A DNA stretch of 24,000 nt from Moorella sp. Hama-1 (GCF_023734095.1 NZ_AP024620.1:3259570-3283569), one strand, 5' to 3'. Positions 1 through 13,125 are shown, counted from the stretch's first letter. Notes: a model not told the origin generated them from the sequence alone. Numbers and translations are program-made.

Positions 1-2035
1 TGGGCACCTCGTCATAATGGTCAAACTGCATGACATAGGTGCCGCGACCCTGGGTTCGTGACCGCAGGTCAGTGGCATAGCCGAACATCTCGGCCAGGGG
101 TACCTGGGCGCGAATGATCTGGGCCCCGGCCCGGGGTTCTATGCCCTCTACCCGGCCCCGGCGGGAATTCAGGTCGCCGATGACGTCGCCCATATACTCA
201 TCGGGCACGACGACCTCGACCTTCATTACCGGTTCCAGCAGGACTGGCTGCGCCTTCCGGGCGGCATCCTTGAAGGCCAGGGAACCGGCGATCTTAAAGG
301 CCATTTCCGAGGAGTCAACCTCGTGGTAGGAGCCATCGACCAGGGTCGCCTGGATATCTACCACCGGGTAGCCCGCCAGGACACCGTTGGCCATGGCTTC
401 CTGAATGCCGGCGTCGACTGCCGGGATGTATTCCTTGGGAATGACACCGCCGACAATCTTATTAACAAATTCGTAACCCTGGCCGGGTTCCTGGGGCTCG
501 ATCTCAATGACCACATGGCCGTACTGGCCGTGGCCGCCGGTCTGGCGAATGAACTTGCCCTCTGCTTTAACAGGCCGGCGCACAGTCTCTTTGTAAGCCA
601 CCTGGGGCCGCCCGACCTTGGCGCCGACTTTAAACTCCCGCAGGAGGCGGTCGACGATAATTTCCAGGTGCAGTTCACCCATGCCGGCGATAATGGTCTG
701 GCCGGTTTCCGGGTCAGTATGCATCCTGAAGGTCGGATCTTCTTCCGCCAATCTTTGCAGGGCGATGCTCATCTTCTCCTGGTCGGCCTTGGTTTTGGGC
801 TCAATGGCCACGTCAATAACCGGTTCCGGAAATTCCATAGCTTCCAGGACAATGGGATGCTGCTCATCACACAGGGTATCCCCGGTGGTCGTTTCTTTCA
901 AGCCCACGGCGGCGGCAATATCACCGGCATAGGCTTCTTCAACCTCTTCCCGGTGGTTGGCGTGCATGCGCAAGATCCGGCCGACCCGTTCCCGGCGCCC
1001 TTTGGTAGAGTTATAAACGTAAGAACCGGACTTCAACGTCCCGGAGTATACCCGGAAAAAGGTTAATTTACCCACATAGGGGTCGGCCATGATCTTAAAG
1101 GCCAGGGCGGCAAAGGGTTCCTTATCGCTGGAATGGCGCTCGTCCTCGGTGCCGGTTTCCGGATCGACGCCCTGGATGGCCGGGACATCGGTAGGGGCCG
1201 GGAGAAAGTCGACAATGGCATCCAACAGGGGCTGCACGCCTTTGTTTTTAAACGATGAACCGCAGAGAACCGGTACCATCTTGACGGCTATAGTTGCCTT
1301 GCGAATCCCGGTTTTAATCTCCTCCGGCGTCAGTTCCTCGCCTTCCAGGTATTTTAGCATTAGTTCTTCGTCACTCTCGGCGACGGCTTCTAGGAGCTTT
1401 TCCCGGTATTCCTGCACCTGGTCCTGCATGGCGGCAGGAATGGGTTCCTCATCGATGGTGGTCCCCAGATCGTCTGTGTAATAAATGGCCCTCAGGTTAA
1501 TTAAGTCAACTAACCCCTGAAAATTATCCTCAGCGCCGATGGGTAACTGCACAGGTACCGGATTGGCTCCCAGGCGTTCGGCGATCATCTGCACGCCCCG
1601 GAAGAAATCGGCGCCGACGCGATCCATTTTGTTAATGTAAGCAATCCTGGGCACGCCGTACTTGTCGGCCTGGCGCCAGACGGTTTCTGACTGGGGTTCT
1701 ACCCCGCCAACGGAACAGAAAACGGCTACGGCTCCGTCCAGGACCCGCAGGGAGCGTTCCACTTCGACGGTGAAATCCACGTGGCCAGGCGTGTCGATAA
1801 TGTTAATCCGGTGATCCCGCCAGAAGCAGGTGGTTGCCGCTGAGGTGATGGTGATCCCGCGTTCCTGTTCCTGAACCATCCAGTCCATGGTAGCATTACC
1901 ATCATGGACCTCGCCCATACGGTGTACACGGCCGGTATAAAAAAGTATCCGCTCGGTGGTAGTAGTCTTACCGGCATCAATATGGGCCATGATGCCGATG
2001 TTCCGCGTTTTTTCCAGTGGGTATTCTCGAGCCAT
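1..2035 (-). CDS. fusA: Elongation factor G, N-terminal 678 codons; the 3' end runs off the left edge
   Basis: Absent from the ORF track because it is open at the window edge. Translating the reverse strand from ATG (2035-2033) gives [63 protein letters not shown]..., with the [16 protein letters not shown] and NKMD GTPase motifs. The frame is still open at base 2 (...[14 protein letters not shown]). It follows rpsG as in the str operon. Confidence 0.95.
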   Translation of the reverse strand, partial: MAREYPLEKTRNIGIMAHIDAGKTTTTERILFYTGRVHRMGEVHDGNATMDWMVQEQERGITITSAATTCFWRDHRINIIDTPGHVDFTVEVERSLRVLDGAVAVFCSVGGVEPQSETVWRQADKYGVPRIAYINKMDRVGADFFRGVQMIAERLGANPVPVQLPIGAEDNFQGLVDLINLRAIYYTDDLGTTIDEEPIPAAMQDQVQEYREKLLEAVAESDEELMLKYLEGEELTPEEIKTGIRKATIAVKMVPVLCGSSFKNKGVQPLLDAIVDFLPAPTDVPAIQGVDPETGTEDERHSSDKEPFAALAFKIMADPYVGKLTFFRVYSGTLKSGSYVYNSTKGRRERVGRILRMHANHREEVEEAYAGDIAAAVGLKETTTGDTLCDEQHPIVLEAMEFPEPVIDVAIEPKTKADQEKMSIALQRLAEEDPTFRMHTDPETGQTIIAGMGELHLEIIVDRLLREFKVGAKVGRPQVAYKETVRRPVKAEGKFIRQTGGHGQYGHVVIEIEPQEPGQGYEFVNKIVGGVIPKEYIPAVDAGIQEAMANGVLAGYPVVDIQATLVDGSYHEVDSSEMAFKIAGSLAFKDAARKAQPVLLEPVMKVEVVVPDEYMGDVIGDLNSRRGRVEGIEPRAGAQIIRAQVPLAEMFGYATDLRSRTQGRGTYVMQFDHYDEVP

Positions 2036-2124
2036 GGTTTCATCCCTTCTGTTAATCAGGTTGCCGGTCACCGGTGGTCACCCTGTGGCGAGCCCCCGGT
2101 CCCCCGGGCCCCTGACCCCCACGC

Positions 2125-2595
2125 CTACCACCGGTAATGAGCAAAGGCCTTATTGGCTTCTGCCATTTTATGGGTATCTTCCCGTTTCTTTACGGCACCG
2201 CCGGCATTATTGGCGGCATCCATTAATTCGGCAGCCAGTTTTTCCTGCATGCTCTTGCCGCTCCGGGCGCGGGCGTAATTGACCAGCCAGCGCAGGCCCA
2301 GGGTCTGGCGGCGTTCCGGCCGCACCTCTATGGGCACCTGGTAGTTGGCGCCACCCACCCGGCGGGCCTTAACCTCCAGGACCGGCATGACATTTTTTAA
2401 AGCCTGTTCAAAAACCTCTACCGGATCTTTGCCGGTTTTGCTTTTGATGGTGTCAAAGGCCTGATAGCAAATCTCCTGGGCCGTTGACTTTTTGCCGTCC
2501 AGCATGATCTGGTTAATCAGCTTGGCAACTTTGGTATTCCCGTACAGCGGGTCCGGTAAAACGGCCCGTCGGGGAACTCTGCCGCGACGTGGCAA
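2125..2595 (-). CDS. rpsG: 30S ribosomal protein S7
   Basis: 156-aa [42 protein letters not shown]...AFAHYRW, typical of S7. The start codon is TTG (plus-strand caa at 2593-2595), preceded by AAAGGGGGGATAAGA. Confidence 0.97.
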   Translation of the reverse strand: MPRRGRVPRRAVLPDPLYGNTKVAKLINQIMLDGKKSTAQEICYQAFDTIKSKTGKDPVEVFEQALKNVMPVLEVKARRVGGANYQVPIEVRPERRQTLGLRWLVNYARARSGKSMQEKLAAELMDAANNAGGAVKKREDTHKMAEANKAFAHYRW

Positions 2596-2615
2596 TCTTA
2601 TCCCCCCTTTAACTG

Positions 2616-2990
2616 CTATTTCTTCGGCCGTTTGGCCCCGTATTTGGAGCGGCCCTGGTTACGATTCTGCACCCCGGCAGAATCCAGGGTACCCCGTACG
2701 ATATGATAACGGACACCTGGCAGGTCCTTGACCCGGCCGCCCCTTACCAGGACTACCGAGTGTTCCTGCAGGTTATGCCCAATGCCGGGGATATAGGCGG
2801 TTACTTCAATGCCATTGGTCAAGCGGACCCGGGCGACCTTACGCAGGGCAGAATTCGGTTTCTTGGGGGTAGTGGTATAAACACGGGTACATACACCGCG
2901 TTTCTGGGGCGATTCCTTGAGGGCCGGGGCCGTTGACTTGACCGTGACTTTTTCCCTCGCCTGCCGCACCAGTTGCTGTATTGTCGGCAT
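2616..2990 (-). CDS. rpsL: 30S ribosomal protein S12
   Basis: [57 protein letters not shown]...; 124 aa. The true ATG is at 2990-2988, behind GGAAGGAGGTGGAAGGG. The 145-aa track ORF (to 3053) is an upstream extension that overlaps ybxF. Confidence 0.97.
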   Translation of the reverse strand: MPTIQQLVRQAREKVTVKSTAPALKESPQKRGVCTRVYTTTPKKPNSALRKVARVRLTNGIEVTAYIPGIGHNLQEHSVVLVRGGRVKDLPGVRYHIVRGTLDSAGVQNRNQGRSKYGAKRPKK

Positions 2991-3012
2991 CCCTTCCACC
3001 TCCTTCCCCGGT

Positions 3013-3264
3013 TTACTCTTCCAGAATAGCGGCTGAGGCAGAGCCGACTTCAATGGCGCAGGCCTGCCCCAGCTCTTTCATAGAATCTACTTCGACTACT
3101 TCCACACCCCGTTCACGGCAAAGCTGGTAGAGCGGCCTGGTTACATGACCCTCGGCATCCCGGGCGATATAAACCACCCGGGCCTTTCCCTGGCTGACAG
3201 CCTTAGTTACCTGTTTGGTACCCACGGCCCGCTTTTTAGCTGTCCGCAAACGTTCGTAGGGCAT
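3013..3264 (-). CDS. ybxF: L7Ae-family K-turn-binding protein (YbxF-like)
   Basis: 83-aa [41 protein letters not shown]...AILEE. It has the size and sequence pattern of the L7Ae/L30e family and occupies the Firmicute-specific slot between rpoC and rpsL. ATG at 3264-3262. Confidence 0.85.
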   Translation of the reverse strand: MPYERLRTAKKRAVGTKQVTKAVSQGKARVVYIARDAEGHVTRPLYQLCRERGVEVVEVDSMKELGQACAIEVGSASAAILEE

Positions 3265-3302
3265 AAATCAACCCCCCAGGGCAGTCACACTAATAGATAT
3301 TA

Positions 3303-6797
<3,495 letters not shown>

Positions 6798-6823
6798 GGA
6801 ACCAGCCCCCTTAAAGACCAGGA

Positions 6824-9800
6824 TTATTCGTCATCACCATAATCATCGTCCGGTACGGCCCGGTCATCGCCTACACCGACATCCAGTTCCAATTCTGCAG
6901 GATCTAAATCGGAGGGATCGAAGTCCAGGTCCTCATCCCTCTCCTCCTCGTTCTCGCCCTCGCTTTCAGGTACCGTCTCTGGCTGACCGTGGACATCCAG
7001 TCCCAGTTCATGGGCGGACTCGCCGACGTCGTCGTCGTCTTCTTTAATCTCGATCTCCTCATTCTCCTCGGAGAGAACCTTGACGTCCAGCCCCAGGCTC
7101 TGGAGTTCCTTAATCAGGACCTTGAAGGATTCCGGAACGCCGGGTTCGGGGACATTCTCCCCTTTGACAATGGCCTCGTAGGTCTTCACCCGGCCGACGA
7201 CGTCGTCCGATTTTACCGTCAAGATCTCCTGGAGGGTATAGGCGGCGCCGTAGGCCATCAGCGCCCAGACCTCCATTTCCCCGAAACGCTGGCCACCAAA
7301 CTGGGCTTTACCGCCCAGGGGTTGCTGGGTTACCAGGGAGTAGGGCCCGGTAGACCGGGCGTGGATCTTATCGTCCACCAGGTGGGCGAGCTTAAGCATA
7401 TACATGTATCCCACCGTTATCGGCCGGTCAAAGGGTTCTCCTGTACGGCCGTCATAGAGGATTGTCTTACCGTCCTCAGGCAGGCCGGCTTTGCGGAAAG
7501 CCTCTTTAATCTCTTCCTCCGTAGCCCCGTCAAACACCGGTGTGGCCACGGTAATCCCCAAGGCCTTGGCCGCCCGGCCCAGGTGGGTCTCCAAAATCTG
7601 GCCCAGGTTCATCCGCGAGGGGACACCCAAGGGGTTGAGGACAATCTCGATGGGGGTGCCGTCGGGTAGGAAGGGCATATCCTCTTCCGGCAGGATCCGG
7701 GAGATAACACCCTTATTACCGTGCCGTCCTGCCATCTTATCGCCTACTGATATCTTGCGTTTCTGGGCGATATAGACCCGCACCAGTTCATTAACCCCTG
7801 GCGCCAGCTCGTCGCCGTTCTCCCGGGAAAAAACCTTGACATCAACAATGATGCCGGATTCCCCGTGGGGGACCCGCAGGGAGGTATCCCGGACCTCCCG
7901 GGCCTTCTCGCCGAAGATGGCCCGCAGGAGCCGTTCCTCGGCTGTGAGCTCGGTTTCCCCCTTGGGGGTTACTTTGCCCACCAGGATATCGCCGGGTCGC
8001 ACCTCAGCGCCGATGCGGATAATGCCCCGCTCGTCCAGGTCCTTTAGTACGTCTTCGCTGACGTTGGGGATATCGCGGGTGATTTCCTCGGGGCCCAGTT
8101 TAGTGTCCCGGGCGTCACACTCGTATTCCTCGATATGGATGGATGTAAAAACGTCTTCTTTGACCAGTTTTTCACTGATCAAGATGGCGTCTTCGTAATT
8201 ATAGCCCTCCCAAGTCATAAAGGCTACCAGGATATTGCGGCCCAGGGCCAGTTCGCCCTGGTCGGTAGAGGGCCCGTCGGCAATAGCTTGGCCGGCGGTT
8301 ACCTGCTCGCCCTTGCGGACAATGGGTTTCTGATTAATGCAGGTGCCCTGGTTAGAACGGATGAACTTCTGCAGGCGGTGGGTCTCCTGCTGGCCCTGAG
8401 CACTGCGGATAACGATCTCGCGGCCGGTAACCCTTTCAACGACGCCGTCATTCTTGGCCAGGACCACTGTACCGGAGTCGCGGGCCGCCCGCCACTCCAT
8501 CCCTGTTCCCACCACCGGGGCCTCCGTCCGCAGGAGGGGTACGGCCTGGCGCTGCATGTTGGCGCCCATGAGGGCCCGGTTGGCATCGTCGTGTTCCAGG
8601 AAGGGGATCATGGCTGTGGCCACACTAACCATCTGTTTGGGGGAGACGTCCATATAGTCTACCTGGCCGGCCGGCACTACCAGGATCTCGCCGCCCTGGC
8701 GGGCGTTGACCCTCTTCTCTAAAAAGCGGCCTTCGTCATCCAGGGGGGCATTAGCCTGGGCGATAACATACTTGTCCTCTTCATCAGCAGTCAGGTAATC
8801 CACTTGATCGGTAACAATGCCCTTTTCCTTGTCCACCCGGCGGTAAGGAGTTTCGATAAAGCCAAACTCATTAATCCGGGCGTAGGTACTTAAGGAGCCG
8901 ATCAGGCCGATGTTGGGGCCTTCCGGAGTTTCAATGGGGCACATGCGGCCATAGTGGGAGGTATGCACGTCCCGGACTTCAAAACCGGCCCGCTCCCGGG
9001 AGAGACCACCCGGACCCAGGGCCGACAGCCGGCGCTTATGGGTCAGCTCCGCCAGGGGGTTAGTCTGATCCATAAACTGGGATAGCTGGCTGGACCCGAA
9101 AAACTCTTTAATCGCCGCTACTACCGGCCGAATGTTTATTAAAACCTGGGGGGTAATGACATCAACGTCCTGGATGGTCATCCGCTCCCGCACGACCCGT
9201 TCCATCCGCGCCAGGCCGATGCGGAACTGGTTCTGCAGGAGTTCGCCCACGGAACGCAGGCGCCGGTTGCCCAGATGGTCAATATCGTCGGGTTTAACTT
9301 CGCCGTCCATGAGGCGCAGGAGGTATTTGATGGTATAGATAATATCTTCTTTCGTCAGGGTTCGGATGTATTCTTCCCGGCCGTCGACCTCCTGGGTTAG
9401 AATGCCATGGCCGAGCTTTTTATTCAACTTGTAGCGGCCGACATTGCCCAGGTCGTAACGCCGGGGATCAAAAAACAGGGATTCTAGTAAATTCCTGGCG
9501 CTGTCTACCGTCGGCGGTTCTCCGGGGCGCAGGCGCTTGTAGATTTCTACCAGGGCTTCTTCATCGGATTCGGTGTTGTCTTTTTCCAGGGTGTTCTGGA
9601 TACGCCCGTCGTAATCAAAGAGCTCCAGAATCCGGGCATTGGTGTTATAGCCCAGGGCCCGCAGGAGGATAGTCGCCGGGATCTTCCGGGTGCGGTCAAT
9701 CCGGACGTAGATGCTCTCGGTATTATCCGTTTCAAACTCCAGCCAGGCGCCGCGGTTGGGAATCACCGTCGCCCCGTAAACCCTGGCACCATTGGCATCA

Positions 9801-10243
9801 ATACCCACGGCATAGTAAGCCCCCGGGGAACGAACCAGCTGGCTGACAATAACCCTTTCGGCGCCGTTGATGATGAAGGTGCCTTTATCGGTCATTAAGG
9901 GGAAATCCCCCATAAAGACCTCTTGCTCTTTAACCTCGCCCGTTTCCTTATTAATCAAGCGCACCTTGACCCGCAGGGGGGCAGCGAAGGTCATGTCCCG
10001 CTCTTTACATTCATCTTCTGAGTACTTGGGCTCGCCCAGGGAATAGTCCACAAATTGCAGGATCAGGTTGCCGGTGAAATCCTGGATAGGTGAGATATCC
10101 CGGAAAATTTCCCGCAGGCCGGTGTCAATAAACCACTGGTAGGAGTTACGCTGAATTTCAATGAGGTTAGGTAACTCCAGTGTCTCTTTAATTTTGGCAA
10201 AGGTCCACCGTTCCCTGGTCCCGACCTTGACTGGATAAGCCAA
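6824..10243 (-). CDS. rpoB: DNA-directed RNA polymerase subunit beta
   Basis: 1139-aa ORF with [28 protein letters not shown] (rifampicin cluster region) and [26 protein letters not shown]. The start is TTG (plus-strand caa at 10241-10243), behind a GGGGGGGA purine run. It has an acidic C-terminal tail. Confidence 0.98.
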   Translation of the reverse strand: MAYPVKVGTRERWTFAKIKETLELPNLIEIQRNSYQWFIDTGLREIFRDISPIQDFTGNLILQFVDYSLGEPKYSEDECKERDMTFAAPLRVKVRLINKETGEVKEQEVFMGDFPLMTDKGTFIINGAERVIVSQLVRSPGAYYAVGIDANGARVYGATVIPNRGAWLEFETDNTESIYVRIDRTRKIPATILLRALGYNTNARILELFDYDGRIQNTLEKDNTESDEEALVEIYKRLRPGEPPTVDSARNLLESLFFDPRRYDLGNVGRYKLNKKLGHGILTQEVDGREEYIRTLTKEDIIYTIKYLLRLMDGEVKPDDIDHLGNRRLRSVGELLQNQFRIGLARMERVVRERMTIQDVDVITPQVLINIRPVVAAIKEFFGSSQLSQFMDQTNPLAELTHKRRLSALGPGGLSRERAGFEVRDVHTSHYGRMCPIETPEGPNIGLIGSLSTYARINEFGFIETPYRRVDKEKGIVTDQVDYLTADEEDKYVIAQANAPLDDEGRFLEKRVNARQGGEILVVPAGQVDYMDVSPKQMVSVATAMIPFLEHDDANRALMGANMQRQAVPLLRTEAPVVGTGMEWRAARDSGTVVLAKNDGVVERVTGREIVIRSAQGQQETHRLQKFIRSNQGTCINQKPIVRKGEQVTAGQAIADGPSTDQGELALGRNILVAFMTWEGYNYEDAILISEKLVKEDVFTSIHIEEYECDARDTKLGPEEITRDIPNVSEDVLKDLDERGIIRIGAEVRPGDILVGKVTPKGETELTAEERLLRAIFGEKAREVRDTSLRVPHGESGIIVDVKVFSRENGDELAPGVNELVRVYIAQKRKISVGDKMAGRHGNKGVISRILPEEDMPFLPDGTPIEIVLNPLGVPSRMNLGQILETHLGRAAKALGITVATPVFDGATEEEIKEAFRKAGLPEDGKTILYDGRTGEPFDRPITVGYMYMLKLAHLVDDKIHARSTGPYSLVTQQPLGGKAQFGGQRFGEMEVWALMAYGAAYTLQEILTVKSDDVVGRVKTYEAIVKGENVPEPGVPESFKVLIKELQSLGLDVKVLSEENEEIEIKEDDDDVGESAHELGLDVHGQPETVPESEGENEEERDEDLDFDPSDLDPAELELDVGVGDDRAVPDDDYGDDE

Positions 10244-10380
10244 AGTTCAAGTCCCCCCCACAAGAAATTCAAAAGCAAGGTACTAAAAAACCTCGCTTTT
10301 GTAATCTAGAGTTCCTGTTACCTATTATTTCCGTATAAGGCAGAGCTTAATCCCCCGCCCATAATTAATGGCATTGTAGT

Positions 10381-10409
10381 ATGTTAGCACAAGGGCCGGA
10401 GGATGTCAA
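10381..10409 (-). promoter_or_regulatory. Candidate sigma-A promoter for rpoBC
   Basis: The minus strand reads TTGACA (10409-10404), then a 17-nt spacer, then TGcTAACAT (extended -10; hexamer 10386-10381). It lies just downstream of the rplL terminator and about 135 nt upstream of the rpoB start. Confidence 0.45.
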
Positions 10410-10418
10410 GAATAATTT

Positions 10419-10446
10419 TATAAATAAAAGCCAGGGAACCCTGGCT
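10419..10446 (-). terminator. Rho-independent terminator/attenuator after rplL
   Basis: The minus strand reads AGCCAGGG-TT-CCCTGGCT (10446-10429) followed by TTTATTTA. It begins 19 nt after the rplL stop codon. Confidence 0.7.
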
Positions 10447-10464
10447 CCCTGGCTTACGGCTTGG

Positions 10465-10845
10465 TTATTTAATCTCGACGGTGGCCCCGGCTTCTTCCAG
10501 TTTGGCTTTAATACTTTCGGCCTCTTCTTTGCTGACCTTTTCTTTAACCGGCTTGGGGGCTTCGTCAACCAGGGCCTTGGCTTCCTTCAAGCCCAGGGCG
10601 GTAATCTCGCGGACGACCTTGATGACGTTGATCTTCTTATCGCCGGCCGCCTTCAAGATGACATCAAATTCGGTCTGCTCTTCTGCCGGGGCTTCCGCCG
10701 GGGCAGCAGCACCCGGGGCTACGGCCATGGCCACAGGGGCAGCGGCACTGACGCCGAATTCCTCCTCCAGGGCCTTGACCAGCTCGGATAGTTCCAGAAC
10801 CGTCAAGCCTTTGACGGCTTCGATGATCTCCTGCACCTTGCTCAT
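10465..10845 (-). CDS. rplL: 50S ribosomal protein L7/L12
   Basis: [37 protein letters not shown]...[14 protein letters not shown]; 126 aa. ATG at 10845-10843, behind AAAGGAGGAATTTCCATT. The 194-aa track ORF (to 11049) is a spurious extension into the upstream repeat element. Confidence 0.97.
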   Translation of the reverse strand: MSKVQEIIEAVKGLTVLELSELVKALEEEFGVSAAAPVAMAVAPGAAAPAEAPAEEQTEFDVILKAAGDKKINVIKVVREITALGLKEAKALVDEAPKPVKEKVSKEEAESIKAKLEEAGATVEIK

Positions 10846-10856
10846 AATGGAAATTC

Positions 10857-10871
10857 CTCCTTTGAAAATAG
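10857..10871. repeat. Left copy of the 15-nt perfect direct repeat flanking element copy A
   Basis: Plus strand CTCCTTTGAAAATAG, identical to 11212-11226. On the minus strand it reads CTATTTTCAAAGGAG and provides the rplL Shine-Dalgarno. Confidence 0.9.
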
Positions 10872-11211
10872 ACTTCTGCCAAAAATGGTTACAACTTACA
10901 GCAACCGCTGCGGGGCTGGCGGTACAGGTCTCCAGGCTCCGTGGTTCTCGGCGAGCAAACTTAGCGCTCAGCCTTCCTCGGCGGCGGGGGTGGCTCGGCT
11001 GTATCCCTTTGAATAAACGCAGCGGGGAGCGGAACTCTTCGTTCCTCAACTTACGTTACGATCCCCATCCCGTTCACCGCCGCCTCGGTGCGGCTTCGCT
11101 GAGTTTGCTCTGCGCCTCAAACCAAGTCGCCTTCCGCCTGTACTCGCCAGCCCCTTCCCTCAGCCTACATTTTCATTGTTCGCTGGCGGGGGCGTCAGCC
11201 CCCATGAGGGG
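10872..11211. repeat. Unclassified non-coding repeat element, copy A (conserved core about 10872-11175)
   Basis: Homologous to 22412-22701 in the same orientation. A 60-nt block is identical (10912-10971 = 22454-22513), and there are further long identical blocks such as CGATCCCCATCCCGTTCACCGCCGCCTCG. No ORF with a start codon and RBS is present. The strand of any RNA product is unknown, but the element must be co-transcribed on the minus strand within the rplJL mRNA. Confidence 0.85.
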
Positions 11212-11226
11212 CTCCTTTGAAAATAG
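11212..11226. repeat. Right copy of the 15-nt perfect direct repeat flanking element copy A
   Basis: Plus strand CTCCTTTGAAAATAG, identical to 10857-10871. It starts 8 nt beyond the rplJ stop codon. Confidence 0.9.
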
Positions 11227-11233
11227 CGTTCTA

Positions 11234-11764
11234 CTAAGCGGCTTCTTCTTTTTGTTTGCGGATGGCCTCCAGGGCGTAGACCAGGTTGCGGATGTTCCCG
11301 GCCAGGACGTTGACCAGGCCGGCCAGGGGTGCCTGGAAGCCGCCAACCACCCGTCCAAGGAGCTGTTCGCGGGATGGTAGATCCGCCAGGGCTTTGATGT
11401 CACCGGCGCTGATGACCTTACCCTGCAGGACGCCGGCTTTGATCTGGAAGGTCTTGCTGTTACGCACTACCTCATTCAAAATTTTAGCCGGAGCTACCGG
11501 ATCAGTGGCGCTGAAGGCGATAGCTGTGGGACCCTCCAGGTACGGTTCCAAGCCCTCCAGGCCCAGTTCCCGGGCTGCCCGGGCCGTCAGGGTATTTTTG
11601 ACTACTTTGAATTCCACCCCGGCTTCCCGCAGCTGCCGGCGGAGTTTGGTCATCTCCGCTACATTGAGCCCCCGGTAATCCGCCAGGAGCGAGACTATGG
11701 AGGCGCCCAACTTTTCTTTTATTTCATTGGTAGCTTCTACCTTGGCTGCGCGCTGTTTGTTCAC
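11234..11764 (-). CDS. rplJ: 50S ribosomal protein L10
   Basis: 176-aa [62 protein letters not shown].... GTG start (plus-strand cac at 11762-11764) behind GACAGGAGGTGGTAAC. Confidence 0.97.
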   Translation of the reverse strand: MNKQRAAKVEATNEIKEKLGASIVSLLADYRGLNVAEMTKLRRQLREAGVEFKVVKNTLTARAARELGLEGLEPYLEGPTAIAFSATDPVAPAKILNEVVRNSKTFQIKAGVLQGKVISAGDIKALADLPSREQLLGRVVGGFQAPLAGLVNVLAGNIRNLVYALEAIRKQKEEAA

Positions 11765-11934
11765 GTTACCACCTCCTGTCTGCTAAAAAAATTTAAGCCC
11801 CCGCAGACAGGCGAGGGCAATATGCAAGCAACCGTTGGGAACGGTTAACTCCCTTCACCTCGGCAGGCAATTTTAAGCCCCTGGGCACCTGCTGTCTCCG
11901 GTAAAAACGCTATTTAGCTAGGCAGTTTGCCGGC
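11765..11934 (-). promoter_or_regulatory. Probable ribosomal protein L10 leader (autoregulatory 5' UTR of rplJL)
   Basis: A 170-nt structured spacer between rplA and rplJ, where Firmicute L10 leaders sit. On the minus strand it contains two GGGGCTTAAA(A/T)TT motifs, an AACCGTT-CCC-AACGGTT hairpin, and a 9-bp helix CCTGTCTGC...GCAGACAGG. The 3' arm of that helix overlaps the rplJ SD. Assigned from position and motifs only; no covariance model was run. Confidence 0.5.
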
Positions 11935-12630
11935 TTATTTCACAGCCCGTAAGGGGTTGACATTGATACCCGGCCCCATGGTCATGGCCAGGCTGATACT
12001 CTTTAAATACTGCCCCTTGGCTGCCGCCGGTTTGGCCTTTACCAGGGCCTCCATGAGGACCCGGAAGTTTTCCTTCAATTTATCAGCATCAAAGCTGGCC
12101 TTGCCGATGGGGGCATGGATAATAGCCGTCTTATCGACCCGGAACTCGATTTTACCGGCCTTTACCTCTTTGATAGCCCGGGCCAGGTCCATGGTCACCG
12201 TCCCCGCTTTGGGGTTGGGCATCAGGCCCCGGGGACCCAGGATACGTCCCAGGCGGCCGACCACGCCCATCATATCCGGCGTGGCTATGGCTACATCAAA
12301 ATCCAGCCAGCCGCCCTGGATCTTCTCTACCAGGTCTTCCGCCCCGACAAAGTCGGCCCCGGCCTCCTCGGCCTCCCTGGCCTTGTCCCCCTTGGCAAAA
12401 ACCAGGACGCGCCGGGTCTTACCGGTACCGTGGGGCAGGACCACCGTCCCCCGCACCTGTTGATCGGCATGGCGGGGGTCGACGCCGAGTTTAACCGCTA
12501 CTTCCACCGTCTCATCAAATTTGGCGCTGGCCGTCTTTTTTAAAAGTTCAATGGCCGCATCGAGGTCATAGAGTTCCTGGGGGGATACCAGTTTGCTAAT
12601 TTCCCGGTATCTTTTTCCATGTTTGGGCAC
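11935..12630 (-). CDS. rplA: 50S ribosomal protein L1
   Basis: 231-aa [64 protein letters not shown].... GTG start (plus-strand cac at 12628-12630) behind AAGGAGGAATAACAA. Confidence 0.97.
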   Translation of the reverse strand: MPKHGKRYREISKLVSPQELYDLDAAIELLKKTASAKFDETVEVAVKLGVDPRHADQQVRGTVVLPHGTGKTRRVLVFAKGDKAREAEEAGADFVGAEDLVEKIQGGWLDFDVAIATPDMMGVVGRLGRILGPRGLMPNPKAGTVTMDLARAIKEVKAGKIEFRVDKTAIIHAPIGKASFDADKLKENFRVLMEALVKAKPAAAKGQYLKSISLAMTMGPGINVNPLRAVK

Positions 12631-12682
12631 TTGTTATTCCTCCTTGTGGTGCTAACGGATTGCTCCTCCCACCGGATAATTA

Positions 12683-13108
12683 TTAACCTTCTACTTCCAC
12701 GCCCATGCTCCTAGCAGTACCTTCGATCATGCGCATGGCTGCCTCTACGCTGGCAGCATTGAGGTCCTTCATTTTCAACTCGGCTATCTCCCGGACCTTT
12801 TCCCGGGAAACCTTACCTACCTTTTTCCGGTTGGGCTCGCCGGAAGCCGTCTCAATACCCAGGGCTTTTTTCAGCAGCACAGCAGCCGGCGGCGTTTTGG
12901 TGATGAAGGTAAAGGAACGATCCTCAAAAACGGTAATCTCCACCGGAATAATCAATCCGGCCTGGGCCGCCGTCCGGTCGTTAAATTCCTTAACAAAGGC
13001 CATAATGTTAACCCCGTGCTGGCCCAGGGCCGGGCCTACCGGGGGGGCTGGCGTTGCTTTACCTGCTGGTACCTGCAATTTAACTATCGCTGCTACCTTC
13101 TTGGCCAT
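12683..13108 (-). CDS. rplK: 50S ribosomal protein L11
   Basis: 141-aa [46 protein letters not shown].... ATG at 13108-13106 behind GCAGGGAGGTG. Confidence 0.97.
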   Translation of the reverse strand: MAKKVAAIVKLQVPAGKATPAPPVGPALGQHGVNIMAFVKEFNDRTAAQAGLIIPVEITVFEDRSFTFITKTPPAAVLLKKALGIETASGEPNRKKVGKVSREKVREIAELKMKDLNAASVEAAMRMIEGTARSMGVEVEG

Positions 13109-13125
13109 CTCTAAGCACCTCCCTG

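Noticed and set aside
2991-3053. N-terminally extended versions of real genes in the ORF track: rpsL to 3053, rplL to 11049, thyX to 20018, cysS to 21828 and ispF to 23476.
   Set aside because: In each case an internal ATG with a proper Shine-Dalgarno yields the canonical conserved N-terminus ([38 protein letters not shown]). The extensions overlap upstream genes or the repeat element.
10872-11175. I tried to assign the large repeat element to a known class: hammerhead (two CTGAG sites), group II intron domain V, a T-box or L10-leader duplication, a riboswitch, or an IS200/IS605 end.
   Set aside because: The CTGAG sites do not fit the CUGANGA core. There is no domain V-like 34-nt hairpin and no T-box or riboswitch core sequence. 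The subterminal hairpins are not conserved between the two copies as IS200/IS605 ends would be. No assignment can be supported without a database or covariance search.
10481-11380. A long plus-strand ORF (299 aa) runs through element copy A. It shares a 'conserved' peptide with the plus-strand ORF 22311-22772 through copy B ([20 protein letters not shown]...KRSGER.SSFLNLR.DPHPVHRRL...PAPSLSLHF).
   Set aside because: The shared peptide simply reflects nucleotide identity of the repeat, with no synonymous-type variation. Neither ORF has a start codon or RBS at the element boundary; both begin inside the antisense of rplL or cysE. The sequence is Arg/Ser/Pro-rich, as is typical of GC-rich out-of-frame translation. 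The frame staying open is noted but is not sufficient evidence for a gene.
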